A DNA stretch of 64,000 bases from Plasmodiophora brassicae (lineage: Eukaryota): positions 1,178,001 through 1,242,000 of the forward strand of contig CP145414.1 in assembly GCA_036867785.1 (NCBI GenBank), written 5' to 3'. The position numbers and the translations under genes were made by a program. Below are positions 34,004-46,610 of the stretch, piece by piece (the first letter of the stretch is position 1; each line of letters opens with the position of its first letter). Under the pieces are notes generated by a model. That model searched no databases. It had not been told where the DNA came from and saw only the letters and a list, made by a program, of their open reading frames with translations.

Positions 34004-34863
34004 ATGACGCGTAGTGGCGGGTCTGGGGCCAGCGGCGGCTTGACTGTCTTCGCGATGAACCTTGACTGGTGGGTGGGAGGTCAATCGCAGGGAAGGCCCG
34101 GGGGCGATGACGTCGGACCATGCGGTAGGGCGCTTGAAGACCACGAGATCGAAGACATGTTCGCCCGGTACGGGGAAGTGAGCGGCTATCAAGTCGTATC
34201 GCATACCGCCAAGCGATTCGCCTTCGTGCATTTCGCCCGTAAGGCTGATGCCGAGCGCGCCATCTCGTAGTTCATCTGCTCGCGTGCCTATGCTTGCGCC
34301 CGACTAAGGCATCCTAACCAGGGCCCTGAATTGCTCGTTTTGGAATGGACGCATTCTGTTCGTATCAAAGGCGAAGCCTAACCATAACCTGGAACGATTC
34401 CTCGCCAACCTTCAGGAACAGCAAGCGCTTCGGCGTCGAATGAAACGGGAGCGGTCACAGCGAGCAACCAGCGCCGCTGAGCACAACCGCGTTGTCGTGT
34501 TGGGTATGCCGTTCGAAGCGACTCCAAAGTACAGAACGCACGCCTCGAAAGCCGATTGCCGTGCAAACTGATAGGATGCTCCATCAACTCGACAGGGATT
34601 TGCGCGCATGGCTGTTCGACCGCATGCCAGACCTTCCGACGGACACGTTCTACGACGTTTGGGTCTGCAACGGCCATAAGTATGGACGCATCGATTTCCT
34701 GTCGGGTCGAACCATGCGACGAGCGGTGGAAGTGCTAGACAACACCGTTCTATGCGGCCGTGTCGTTCAGTTATGCAGGCCGCTGCCCGATTCGCTATCA
34801 CCTGTTAGGAAGAGGTCGCGTTCATGTCGATCTCCATCTCGAGGTCGGGCCAAGCGCCACTGA
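34004..34863 (+). CDS. RRM-domain RNA-binding protein
   Basis: MFARYGEV...KRFAFVHFARKADAERAI (RNP1); second RRM-like YGRIDF...AVEVLDNTVLCGRVVQL; RS-like tail. Confidence 0.7.
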
Positions 34864-35004
34864 CGACTACGTTGCATTAATTAGGCTCGACTTCATCACT
34901 CACGTAGACCCATACAAACATCGTTCCGTTAACAACCACCCGGTTCTCGTCGGTACCGTCGTGTATAATATTCTGGACATATTTATCGATATGCTGGCGG
35001 CGCA

Positions 35005-36160
35005 CTAGGCAATGACACCAATGAAGATGATCGCGAATATGATCAGTGCAAGGAACACCTTGATAATCAGTCCGCGATTCGACTTCATTCTTTGCCAGTA
35101 GATCTCCAGCTGCTCATGGGCGGCGCTAGTGTTGTCTAGAGTCCTCCCGATGTTGTCATCGATTCGCTCGAGTTGCTCTCCCTGCCCAGCCACTAGGACA
35201 GCGAGCCGCTGGTACATCTCGCCGAGCTCTTGCATCGTAGTCTCGATTGTGGAGATCGCCGACGCGCGACTGTCCAGGTACGCATCCGCTCCTGACGACG
35301 CCTGCGGCAGCAGTGCTTGTTGCTGCTCCAGATCGATATCGATTGCTGTTGACGCCGAAGCAGACTCCTGAAACATGTCTTTCGCAGCCGACGTCACTGA
35401 CCGAAGTCAACACATTGAAATGCCACACAACGGTTGAACCGGCGAAACTCTTATGGGAACGAAACGGTAATAAACGTGAACAGCGTAGACAAGCAAATAT
35501 CATACCTGGTCGATGCCTTAAGCCATGTGACGATGTCGACGCCGACGGCGCGGCTCGCTTTGTGTATCGCTCCTTTCTGGAATCCTGCTCCTTCATATTG
35601 GCAGACCGGATCTTCAGGACGTCGTGAAACTGTCGAGTTTGCTCAGCAACTCGCGACTGTAGGTCTTTGATGATGCCGTTGGTGTGACTGTCCACGTGAC
35701 GGTTTCCCGTCTGATGTTCAGCGCCGAATCTGGATAGGAGGTCGATTTCGTTCGATATCGTGCCCAGGTCGGCCTTGATCACGCTCGTCAACTGGGCAAT
35801 CTGCTCCCTATGAATGGTACCCGTTAAACGGAATATCCAGTGGTACAATAAAAACGTCAGAGCGTTTTACCCGGGGTCGTTGAACAACGTCCTTGTCTGG
35901 GCGATTCGTGCAAGGTTTTCCAATTTGGCTGTCGTATTGTTAATCATCCTGCTGACTTGTGTCGCCGCCGTGTTGAACTGGACAGCAGACGCGGGGCCAG
36001 GAAGCGGAGCAGCAGCGGCGGGTGTCTATCGGAATCCGTTCAGACGTATGCGCCACGGACGACGCCTGATGGACGGGACCTGAGGCGCCGATCCCTGTTT
36101 CCTAAACGAATCGGCGGTCGCGAAGAACTCATCGGTCCGGTCAACAGCGCCGCAGTGCAT
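35005..36160 (-). CDS. STX5: Syntaxin-5/Sed5 (Qa-SNARE)
   Basis: N-terminal DRTDEF Sly1-binding peptide, LEKLARIAQTRTLFNDP, SNARE motif IETTMQELG...QGEQLERIDDN, C-terminal TM. Confidence 0.9.
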
Positions 36161-36787
36161 AGCCGACGTCCTGGACCCAGCGCCATACGATAATGACATT
36201 CGCTCGCGACCGTGAAATCAGGCTCCAGCGGCGAAGTCACAATCCCGCAAAAACGGACGGGAACGGAAATATCTGAGGGCGGCGGCCGATCGGCTGAGTT
36301 GACTGGACGACCGCGACTCCGGGGCAGTGCATCGCGGTGGACGGCAACGAGTCGAGGTATACGTGTGGTCATGACGAGTGGCGCAGAATACACGGAATAA
36401 TGTATTTCGTCGTACCTGTGCGGTCTGCGTTCCGATATGGCCCAGTCTTGGCGTCATACGCGACACCGTCGGGCGCCGGGGCAGGCAGGGCCTGCAAAAA
36501 TCGTCCGGTGGTACGTGCAGCGGTCACGTCTCACGAGCGCCCGCGTCGGCCCACGAGTTTGGGGCAGCTCCAGCCAGTGCGTGCGGCCCGCCATCGGACG
36601 CGGGTTTCCAGCGCACAAAAAAGCGCATCATCCGACCAAAAATCGCAGCAGAACTTGGCTGCGTGTGACGTGAAGCCCTACATCACATCGTTGTTGTCGA
36701 GGCGTGTCGAGGCACAGTGGTCCTGCCTGGCGATAGGGCAGGCCGGTCGTTCGCCGCCGGAACAGCTGCCTGCGCCTGTCCAACGAT

Positions 36788-39002
36788 ATGGAGTGGGTTG
36801 AGGAGCGCACACGCGGCACACCGCCCCCTCTGCGGAACTCGCACCGGCAGGCGTCCTGGGGATCGAAAAGTGTTATCTACGGTGGCAGGGGGGCATCATC
36901 CGTTCTCGATGACGTTTTCACGATTGACATGGGGAGCGACGGCACCTGGAAGGAGATGGTCATCAACGGGGGATTTATTCCACCGGCCAGAGAGAACCAC
37001 GCTCTTGTCGTCGTCGGCGACAGGATGATTGTGTTCGGTAAGAAGTCAGCGCGTCCGCATTGCGAACCGGAACCTGCTTAACAGCCTCATTTTAGGCGGC
37101 AGCGAATATGGGCGACTTTCGAATGAAGTCTATGAGCTCAGCTTGAGTACGTGCACGTGGAAGAAAATCGAAACGTCAGGGAAGCCACCATCTGCTCGTG
37201 AGCGACACACGATGGTATTCAGGGTGCTGGATCAACGTCCAACCATGTTCTCACGCCAGCGCTTAGACGATCGTTGACAATGTCGCCTACATATTCGGTG
37301 GGCAGAGTGCCGAATGCGAGTTCTTGAATGACCTCTACGCTCTGGACTTTTCTACTTGGACCTGGTCACTGCTTAACCCACCAAAGGCGCCTACCCCCCG
37401 TAACCACCACTCCGCGGTCGCCGTTGACACAAGGATATACGTGTTCGGAGGCAAGAGCCACAATGGTTATTTCAACGATGTCCACTACTATGACATTTCG
37501 ACGCGCCAATGGCACCAACCGCAGCTTCAAGGGATCTCGCCTGCCGGAAGATGGGGGCACACGTCAATTGCCTTCGACAGACGTATCGTTATCTTCGGTG
37601 GATGGAATGGGACGTGGTGCTTCAACGATTTGAATCTGCTCGACACGGTGACTAAGGTGGCCTGCGTTCCATGTTTGCGTCGCAACGTGCTGTTTACATG
37701 TTCGTAGGCATGGACCCGTTTAACCACGACAACGTCTGGGCCTTCTGCTCGCGCCTACCACAGCGCTTCTGTGTACGGGGGCCACTCGATGATGATGTTC
37801 GGCGGTCGTAACGGTCTTCGTCGAATGGACGACACGTTCACCCTGGGTACACGTTTGGCTTGTTTGTGGCCGGCAGCTGCACTCATTACCAGATAGAGCT
37901 GAAAGAGTCGCTGGGCAAGGCTGGGTCAGTAGAGGCTATGCAAGCTCTGAAGAATCTCTGGAAGCTGAGCGACTTCGAGCTGCGCGAAACGCTGGGAACA
38001 GGATCTTTCGGTCGTGTTCGCTTCGCGAAGCACATCCCTTCTGGGAAATTCTACGCAATCAAGATCCTCAAGAAGGCCGAAATCTTGCGGTTAAAGCAGG
38101 TTGACCACATTCTGTCAGAGAAGACCATTCTGCAGGCGATCAACCATCCGTTTATCGTGAACATGTTCGCGTCGTTCCAGGTCTGTGCTGTCGTAACTTT
38201 ATCCGACAGTCCAGTGCTGAACCTTGCCCAGGACAAAAAGTACCTCTATCTGGCAATGGAGTACGTGGTTGGCGGCGAGTTCTTCACGCATCTGCGGCGA
38301 GCGGGCAGGTTCAACAACGATTCCTCGTGCTTCTACGCAGCGCAGATCGTGTTGATATTCCAGTACTTGCATTCCAAGGACATTGTGTACCGTGACTTGA
38401 AGCCTGAGAACCTGCTGCTCGACGCGAAAGGCAACATCAAAATGACCGACTTTGGGTTTGCGAAGAAGGTCGAGTTCCGTACATGGACCCTGTGTGGTAC
38501 GCCCGAGTACATTGCGCCAGAAATCCTTCTGAACAAGGGCCACGGGAAACCTGTGGACTGGTGGGCTCTGGGTATCCTTATCTACGAAATGTTGGCGGGC
38601 GCACCACCATTCGTAGACGACGACCCGATGGGGATCTACCAGAAAATTTTGGCAGGTCGTATCGAGTACCCTGCGCATTTCAACCGGCATGCAAAGGTGT
38701 TGCTTGTGATTCCTGCGACTGCTGATCCTCTAAGGTCGTGGCTGTAGGACCTAATCTCTCGTCTGCTGACACCCGACATAACCAATCGCTTGGGGAACCT
38801 TAAGAACGGTGTCGAGGACATCAAGCGGCACAAGTGGTTCGCCAACATTAACTGGACCAAGCTGTACAACCGCAAGATGCTGACCCCGTTCGTGCCGAAA
38901 GTCAGGGGCGACGACGATACGCATAACTTTGACCACTTCCCTGACTCGGCCGAACCTCCTGCAGACGTTGTTCTCGAGAACGATCCCTTTGAGAATTTCT
39001 GA
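36788..39002 (+). CDS. Kelch beta-propeller fused to cAMP-dependent protein kinase catalytic subunit
   Basis: Six GG-containing kelch repeats 36788-37846, then [29 protein letters not shown]-terminal FENF; in-frame intron about 37847-37896. Confidence 0.8.
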
Positions 39003-39323
39003 TCGGCCAGTCGGTTGTGTTTGCGTTCCAGCAGACCCTAGCGAAATACATCACATTGTCACATTGCTGTGCGACGCAGGTTGTGTGTTCAGCGTTTATC
39101 CGTTCTGGGACGGCCCTGGTTGTCTTTGCCGTTTTTACTCCATATTCTCTTTCTCGTATTGGTGAACCCTGGGCAACGTTGTCAGCGTTCCGGGTGCCTT
39201 TACGACACCTCCAGCAGGCTTACAGTTGATGAGTTGTTTCATCGTTATCCCAGCCTCTTCACATATCTGCAACTGGAACCCGACGCTCAGGTGGACCTGG
39301 TTGCCACATGCGGGCAGATCAAC

Positions 39324-39923
39324 TTACTTTCTCATCCTCTGTCGGGTATGGATGGTCGATATGGGCAGTAAACCAGGCCTGTAGTGTTTGGATCGACGAT
39401 AAAGGTAACTGACCAGCCGGGCGTCAGGTAGTCGATAATATAAGAACGATGGCATCATACGGACCCTCTGACGGCGTTTCGATGTCGCTTCTGCTGGGGT
39501 AGAGTCCCCGGTGACCGTGCTAGCTCTCGTTGTCGGACGTTTACGTTTTCTTGATGTGTCAAATGCACCTTTTAGGTTCTCCATGAGGGTCTGGTAGAAC
39601 ACGTCAATGCGAAAGTTGACATCGTCACAGGTGAACTCCTCGTGGCGACAGATGCGCGGTGTCACTGACAGTAGGGACTGGTCTGTAACAGCACCCGATG
39701 AGTGATGGTGTTCACAATCAGGTGAAGACGAATGACAGCCAAACGTAGGAATGCGGCAAACATCGACCTCCGTGGCAGTTCCGTTGTACCAGGGCTGCTT
39801 GTTCTCTAGCACGGTCCGGGATCGTAGCGTGGTGGAACCAGGTGGCCGTTCTACGTGTTCAGCCCGGTCCATTTCGTCCATGGCAGCGCATATCCAGGCA
39901 GAAACGTCGTCAGGGCCATCCAT
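39324..39923 (-). CDS. Hypothetical protein with NLS-like SRKRKRP
   Basis: About 200-aa ORF; no recognisable domain. Confidence 0.45.
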   Translation of the reverse strand: MDGPDDVSAWICAAMDEMDRAEHVERPPGSTTLRSRTVLENKQPWYNGTATEVDVCRIPTFGCHSSSPDCEHHHSSGAVTDQSLLSVTPRICRHEEFTCDDVNFRIDVFYQTLMENLKGAFDTSRKRKRPTTRASTVTGDSTPAEATSKRRQRVRMMPSFLYYRLPDARLVSYLYRRSKHYRPGLLPISTIHTRQRMRK

Positions 39924-40091
39924 GACAAAACAAGGTGACGTCACGGGGCAGGCGGCGAACGTCAGCTATTCCCGGAACGACCTGGTCTTGTTTCCGGCGC
40001 GCAGTTCCGATCCACCTGATGGGTCTGACAGAGAGGTATGATGTATCCTGTACTGAGCATGTTTATGGTACGGAATTACCACCGGAGATAG

Positions 40092-41812
40092 CTAGCAAAG
40101 CATTAGGTACTCGAAGACCATTTCCGACCACATCTTCAGAACGAACGTCGTCGTATCCTCGCCAAAGATAGCTTTGACTTCGGCAGCGACCTCGTCGGCA
40201 CTCTTCCCAGCAACAATATGAGACAGGATGAACTTCACGAGGTCCGGTTCCGCTCGACCAACGTAGTCCCGAACGCGATCGTCGATAACCTTTTGCACAG
40301 GGCCTTTCATGAAGGCAGGGCGATCGACCACTTCCCACGAGAACTGGAACACCTTCAGGGCGTCAGGGTCAGTTGGTACCTCAGCACGAACTGTGTCGGG
40401 ATCTTTCGTCAGGGGTTTGATCTCCATCTCCTTCCGTGCCGTGTAGAGTGCAGAGACGACGCTCTGATCAGATGCCTTAGCAAACGTCTCGATAACATCT
40501 GCAGCGACAGCGCTCTTGGCCGACGACTTGGTGATTGAGACTTTCTTCCAACCTAGCCGCTTAGTCGTGGATTTCTCCGTATCAGTAGGTTCCTGCACCT
40601 GGCGATCCGCCTGCTCTGATCCAGAATCGCGTCGTGCGTCGTGCTGATCAAGTTCACGAGGCCGTTCCGCTGAGACGCTTCTCTCACGGCTTCGTTTGGA
40701 GCCAGCGAGACCAGGGGAAACGGATCTGTCTAGAGACGTGCCACGGGATGGCCGGCCAGCAGCTGACGCTGCCGCGCTGCCTGGGGACGACATCTGAACA
40801 AACGGAATCCTCGGCTTGCTTGCGGCACTCTGCATTACTTCCTTTTGTCGAGCTTCTCTGCCCTCGACAATCTTCTTGACGATGGTTGCTTGGACAATGT
40901 CTTCCTCATTCCTATGTGCCGATGAACGTCATCGTACTACGAGTGCATAGTGACAGCGCGCATACCTTTGCTCCATGCCGTTGATTGTTGATTTCGCAAA
41001 GTCGGCAAGAAACTCATCACAAACCGCATGCGCAGACTTGTCGATCTTCACGACTAGGCCGGTGCCCTCCTCGTCAGCGGAATGCAGGCGAAGGCCATCG
41101 AGGAGTTTCAACGCCCTGATCGCTCCCGACGGCGTAAGGAACTGACAGAACCCGAACCCAACAGGCTGACCCGTCGACGGGTCCTGGACCCTGCCCCACT
41201 TCGTCACACGCCCACACTGGTCCAGCAGCTGGCGCATCAACGCATCATCGATATCGTTCGGGATTCGTCCAATGTACACTGGGACGACTCTGATGGACAG
41301 AAGCGGGATGTCAACGACGGCCTGAGAGGCGGGCCGCGGTGCCCCGGACAAGATTGGATTATAGGCAGGGCGCTGAGCACATTGATTACGATCAGCCGGG
41401 TAGGGAGCGACCAACAGCAACAACGATTCCTCACCTGCGCAGGCGGCCCTGACAACGTTGCCTGCGGTGCTGGCGCCGGGGACGTGGCCGCTGCCGGCGG
41501 CGGTGGTGGCGGCGGTTGCTGTTGCTGGAGCTCCGTAGTTGGTGGCGGTGGTGGTGGTGGCTGCTGCTGCTGCTGTGTAGGCGGCGGTGGTGGCGGATGC
41601 TGCTGTGTGGGCGGTGGCGGCGGCGGCGGCGGCTGACGGTACGGCGTCGGACCATATGGGATGGGAGGCGGGTACGGCGGGTACATACCACCTGGATACA
41701 CGTGCATGGGTGCCATGTAGGGCGGTGCCCCGTACGGCATCATCGGTGGTTGCTGGGGCGGGTACGGAACGCCCGGCGGGTAGTACCCAGGCGGATACGG
41801 CGGTTGGCTCAT
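40092..41812 (-). CDS. RBM25: RBM25/Snu71-like splicing factor (Pro-rich, RRM, PWI)
   Basis: VYIGRIP...CGRVTKWGRVQDPSTGQPVGFGFCQF (RRM); VFQFSWEVVD...LVKFILSHI...FVLKMW (PWI). Confidence 0.8.
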
Positions 41813-42040
41813 GACGACGCCGGCGGTCGACCGATCGCGTTCCCGTACTGAGCAAGCCACTCTACGGCGTTTCGACAAATTGCGCCAGCGCCGCCACCCC
41901 GCCCGGTGCCACCGACGATCGATTGCGACCTCTCGCCTCCCCGCTTGGCCGATCCGAGTCCCACCACCTTCGCTGTCCACAGCTCAACGAATGCATTTAT
42001 TACAATTGTGCTGCGTGGAGGGACCAGAGTGCCATCGACT

Positions 42041-42817
42041 CTATGTAGGAAGCGGAGGGGTATTTAGGCCATACCAGCCCGGGATTGGATAGCCAGGTCG
42101 TTCGAATGGTCCCCAGTGCACAGGTCTGGTCGCTTTCGTGGGCATCGCAATGTCGGGTGACGGTACGTTGCTCGAGAGAATTGGAGTCGAGTGACGGCGG
42201 CGAATAGCTGGCGGAAGCTCGTCAGGGAAACGAATGTATGGCTTGCTGCCGTAGTCAAACACAGGCTGGGTCTCTGGCTCCTCGTCGATGAGTTCATGCT
42301 CGTCAAATTTGAAGATGAGGTCGTCGTCGTCATCATCACACAGGCGCCGAGGTCGATTACCGCAGGTCGAGCTCGACTTGGGGTCGAAGAAAGCGTCAGA
42401 GAAGCCGGAGTCCGGCACCTCGTCCGACGACTTATCGTGATCTCCTCGAATCCTTGTCATGTCAAGTCTCGTTCCGAGGTTGTCATTGATGCGGAAGTGA
42501 ACCGCCTTGTTGGCCGCTTTGTCGGTACCTTGCGTACGCTCAGGAGAGGGGGACGGCGGCGGCCTGCGCGATTTAGCGCGCATCGACCTGGGTACTTGCG
42601 CCCTGGTATTGATATGACGGACGCCTGACGTACACGCGGCTGGCGACATCCTGTGCGACCTCGTGGGCGACGATTCAGCCCGCGTCGAAGGTTCGGCACG
42701 CCCATCGACGTCAGAGCCGACTGGTGTCGACTGAACACGACAGCTCATCAGCAGAACCAGAAGCGTTGCGGACGTCCAGCATTGGCGGCGCATGCCGACG
42801 TTCGTGAAACACGTCAT
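42041..42817 (-). CDS. Secreted orphan protein
   Basis: Signal-like TSATLLVLLMSCRVQS near the N-terminus, intronless ORF. Confidence 0.55.
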   Translation of the reverse strand: MTCFTNVGMRRQCWTSATLLVLLMSCRVQSTPVGSDVDGRAEPSTRAESSPTRSHRMSPAACTSGVRHINTRAQVPRSMRAKSRRPPPSPSPERTQGTDKAANKAVHFRINDNLGTRLDMTRIRGDHDKSSDEVPDSGFSDAFFDPKSSSTCGNRPRRLCDDDDDDLIFKFDEHELIDEEPETQPVFDYGSKPYIRFPDELPPAIRRRHSTPILSSNVPSPDIAMPTKATRPVHWGPFERPGYPIPGWYGLNTPPLPT

Positions 42818-43117
42818 CGCGTCGCCCGTTACGGAGTGATGCCTACCTACCCCCAAAGCGCAGCAGCGAAAACGAATGTGAGCGATCGTCCCGAGCCGGC
42901 ACCTCGGCGGCAATCGCCGCAGGTGCCGTAGTAGGCGCCTACCCCCTGTAGAGTGTAGACGTCACATGCGGACCCGCGTGGAGGGCATCTACGGAGCTAC
43001 CTTACCGCACGTACAGTGGTCAAGGGGGAGGGTGTGTTCTTTGTACCGGTACCTACTGCACCGGCCTGGCATGTCCTCCCGGGGGTACAGGGCACTGGCC
43101 TGTACGTCACCCCCATT

Positions 43118-43560
43118 TCACATTGCCAATTCCCGCGGACCGAAGGATGGCATCCAGGAAGGGCACCGACGATACAGCATTACGAATCTAAAACAACCTT
43201 CCCAAATGGGGCGAAGAAGGGTCGCCGCGGTGATCGTGCTCTCGTAACTGCTTCCCCCAAGCATGGTAATGACGATGATCTTCATCTCCTTCGTGTCGAA
43301 CATGCCGATCATGTACACGTGCGTCACCGAGGTCACAGGTGCTGCTCAAGGACCTTGATGCTGTTCAGAATCCCCGCAGGGCTTCCGGCTTCCATTAAAC
43401 GGTTCCGGCAGTTTCACTTTCGCTTCATGTACCGGTTGGGACTGAAGACGCGCGAGCTGCTCCTGGACTCGCGTTGACGCATCCGATTTCGTTGCTGGCA
43501 TCGGCGGTGGCGTGGACCGGGAGAGCATCAGGTGCCGCAACCATGGTCGGCGACCGGTAT
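43118..43560 (-). pseudogene. Possible degraded LTR-retrotransposon gag fragment
   Basis: EAKVKLPEPFNGSRK followed, after a frame change, by FDTKEMKIIVITMLGGS, resembling Ty3/gypsy gag N-terminal motifs. Confidence 0.4.
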
Positions 43561-44079
43561 GGAGGTCGTGACAACGACGAGCACTGAGCAGATCGAATTA
43601 CTCGGTGGCGGTGGCGAAGGCGGAGACAAGGACGAAACAAGGAAGTAGGCGAGAGCACCAACGGCGATACAAGGTATAGCAACCTGAAATTCGATCTGTA
43701 AATCACGTCCGCGGTTACGGACGTGGTGACTCGCCAGGGTCTGCGCGTTACACAGCACCGATAACGGTTCGGTTGCAACGATATACCGCAGATGTTGCGA
43801 CAGAACATCGTCCCTAACAGACATCGAAACGACCTCATCGACAGTATTAGGTATGCGGAGCGTGATTGCCATGCAGCCTGTCGGCGGGGGACCGGTAGAT
43901 ACAGTATTTGCTTCTAATAAGATTTCCTGTAATAAGCCCCGAACCCTGAATTCGGACCCCATTTTCGAGGCATACCCGGGGTCTTAATAAGAGACACAGG
44001 GCTAAATTTAGAGGTTTGGGGTCTTATTAAGAAACTTCCACACAACGTTTTGCTACTTATTGCTGCACGGACCGAGGTG

Positions 44080-44499
44080 ATGCCGCAGCGCAAGCTCATT
44101 GTGCATATTTTCGAAGGGTGTTGTGCTGCCTCTGTGCTAATGTCATCGATGCTGGAAGAGCTCCGTGAGCTATCTGGGCTGCTGAAGGATGATATTATCA
44201 CACCTTCGGAGTTCGATGATATGAAACGAGCGCTGATCGGCCGCTACAAGGGATCGGGCACCACAGGTCCCAGCCACAACACTCAACTTGACGAATCGAA
44301 TGAAGGTCAGCGAGTTTTTCCACGAACGTTCGTGAATAACTGTGCCGTAGACGTGAATGGGAAGCAAGAGGCAAGAGTCTCATCGTGTTCGTCTTCGCGA
44401 AATAGAAATTTTGACCCTTTACGTCCTGGCGCTGCTACTCACAGTTCGTGTTGTGGTTACTTATTCGTTCTTGAACTAATGACGTTTGCTGGAAGGTAA
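44080..44499 (+). CDS. Passenger ORF with SHOCT-like motif inside the pogo element
   Basis: LEELRELSGLLKDDIITPSEFDDMKRALI; also open in the second copy (28232-28639, minus). Confidence 0.55.
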   Translation: MPQRKLIVHIFEGCCAASVLMSSMLEELRELSGLLKDDIITPSEFDDMKRALIGRYKGSGTTGPSHNTQLDESNEGQRVFPRTFVNNCAVDVNGKQEARVSSCSSSRNRNFDPLRPGAATHSSCCGYLFVLELMTFAGR

Positions 44500-44612
44500 T
44501 TAATCAATTGCTACGTCTGCAAAGACTGTGACGTCGCAAGCGTCTCTACATAAGTACTTCGGGCCTTCAACGGGGCTCCGGCGAGATATTTGTGTCCTCC
44601 AAGTGTCCAAAT

Positions 44613-46535
44613 ATGGTCAAGGACAGGTTCACATGCCCTGAATGTGATAAACGTTGTCAGACCAAACAAGCCCTGATTTCACACACGAAAACGCACAAGG
44701 CCAAGGAAGGTTGTATGCTGAATGGAGTTTCTACGCCTAATATTGTGCCGTGTGTTAATTCGTGGTTGCGCCATAGATCAAGCAAATCCCAAGCCTGATG
44801 AACAACGGGTTGGTGGCCCTTCGTCGAAACGCCAGCGTTATTCGTTTGAGCGCAAGGTGGATATCATCAAAGAAGTCTTGGATACGCAGCGTCCTAGCTC
44901 GGGTGAGAAGCGGTCTCGTGCGCTGGCGGTTCAACTTGTATCCGATGACACTGGTATACCTGCAATGACCATCGCGAGATGGATGAAGAACGATGATCAA
45001 CTACGTGACCATGTAGCTTCGTCGGCCGATCGTGCCAAGAAGTCCTCGTACAACCGTTTCTGGTTGAAGGACCTGCGGCAACTCGAAGAGGTACTCGCTC
45101 GAGAGATCCGCAAAGAGAGAGCCAAAGGTCGTATCTGGGTTTAGCGTCAAAACTTAACCGTTTTATGTCTAACTGTGCAGGTCCAGGTAGACAAATATCG
45201 CAGAACTGGTCACTTGCAATGGCTAGACAGATTCGCAGAAGGCCTAACGTCGTGGACCCAAGCAACGCGAAGGAGATTAAGTTATCGTATGGGTGGTACT
45301 ACCATGGATTCCTTCCGAGGCACGATTTCTCCATCAGACGTGGCAACAACCGAAAGAAGATTGATGCAGGAGCATACAAGCATATCATTTACGACTTCCA
45401 TCAACAACTTGCGACACGCAATTCCAGTCGTAATGTATTTCCCCATTCCGTTTTCAACTTCGACGAGGTCCATACCGCGTAGATGCTCTGTATTGCGCTT
45501 CTTTGATGCTTTTGACAGGTTCCTCTTCCGTTCGTGAGTGATGGTGACAGACGGACCGTTGACGACGTTGGCGCAAAGCGAGTCTGGATCAGGCAGCCGG
45601 GCCCAGGAGACGAGAAGCGGCAGGCGACTCTATTCCTTTGCATTGGGGCAGATTGTGATGTCCAACCGCGACCCCATGTCATATTCCGCGGCAAGGGCAC
45701 ACAAATTCTCCGGGGTGACGAGCCGAATCAATGGGTGCGTTCTTTACTGGGTGCTGCAAACCAATTTCTAACTGCCCTTTAACACAGGATTCCAGGGTGT
45801 CAGTCCATTTCCAAGAAAACGGATGGGTCGACACCAAGACCGCTGTAAACATCGCCAAGGTCATGCAGCAAGATCCTGCGTTCGTCAACCACGACCAGAA
45901 TCGGACCTTCCTGTGCGACAACCTTCAAGCCCATAAGGCACCAGAGTTTGTCGACTGCATGAAGTCGTTGGGCGAAATCGTGCTGTTTCCGCCAAACATT
46001 ACTTATATGTTGCAACCGGGTATGTATTTCGTGCACCTTGATTATTGCATGCTAATTGTCGTTGACAGTCGATGCCGGCGCGGGCAGGATGATGAAATAC
46101 TTCATAGCATCGCGGCTGGATTATCAGATGGACAATGACGCTGCGTTCTCATCGAAATGGTTAGGGGGAAAATTCACGGCTCCCGAGCGTCGCATCCTCA
46201 TTACCAAATGGGTGGGTGAAGCTTGGGAGCAGTTCTGGCAAGCGGGGTACATTCGTAAGTACTTCGAGAAGACCGGTTGCCTACTTGGGACGGTTGGTGC
46301 GAATCCCAGTAGGATCAAGATCCAGGGTCTTGATGATTACCAGTTTATCCCAACCGTCCCGTTTGTCATCAATGATGAAACACATTCCGAAAGCAGCGAC
46401 GGCAGTACTGACGGCGAATTCTCTGAAGGCGACAACGATCTCGAGGACCCCAGTTCGTCAGGCGAGGAAGCGCCTATTCAGTCGTTACAACCGGCCAGTT
46501 TTCGTGAAGGTGACTGTCAAGGTCTTCGACTGTGA
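44613..46535 (+). CDS. Intron-containing pogo/Tigger-type transposase (C2H2 finger, CENP-B HTH, DDE_1), C-terminus deleted
   Basis: CPECDKRCQTKQALISHTKTH; RQRYSFERKVDII; LSYGWYYHGFLPRH; FNFDE, LCDNLQAH, LQP|VD (DD34D by my count). Confidence 0.88.
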
Positions 46536-46610
46536 TGGCCAACCGCCAAAGTGCTCTATGACCCCGAACCCCGATTATTTCAGTTCGGGGCTTATTAGAA
46601 GCAAGTACTG

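Larger units (their letters stand above)
43902..46610 (+). mobile_element. pogo-like DNA transposon, near full length
   Basis: TIR CAGTATTTGCTTCTAATAAG / CTTATTAGAAGCAAGTACTG, TA flanks, subterminal AATAAGCCCCGAAC and GGGGTCTTATT motifs. Confidence 0.93.

Noticed and set aside
42954-43122. TG...CA-bounded 169-bp segment as a possible LTR beside the gag-like remnant
   Set aside because: No second LTR, no TSD and no convincing polypurine tract
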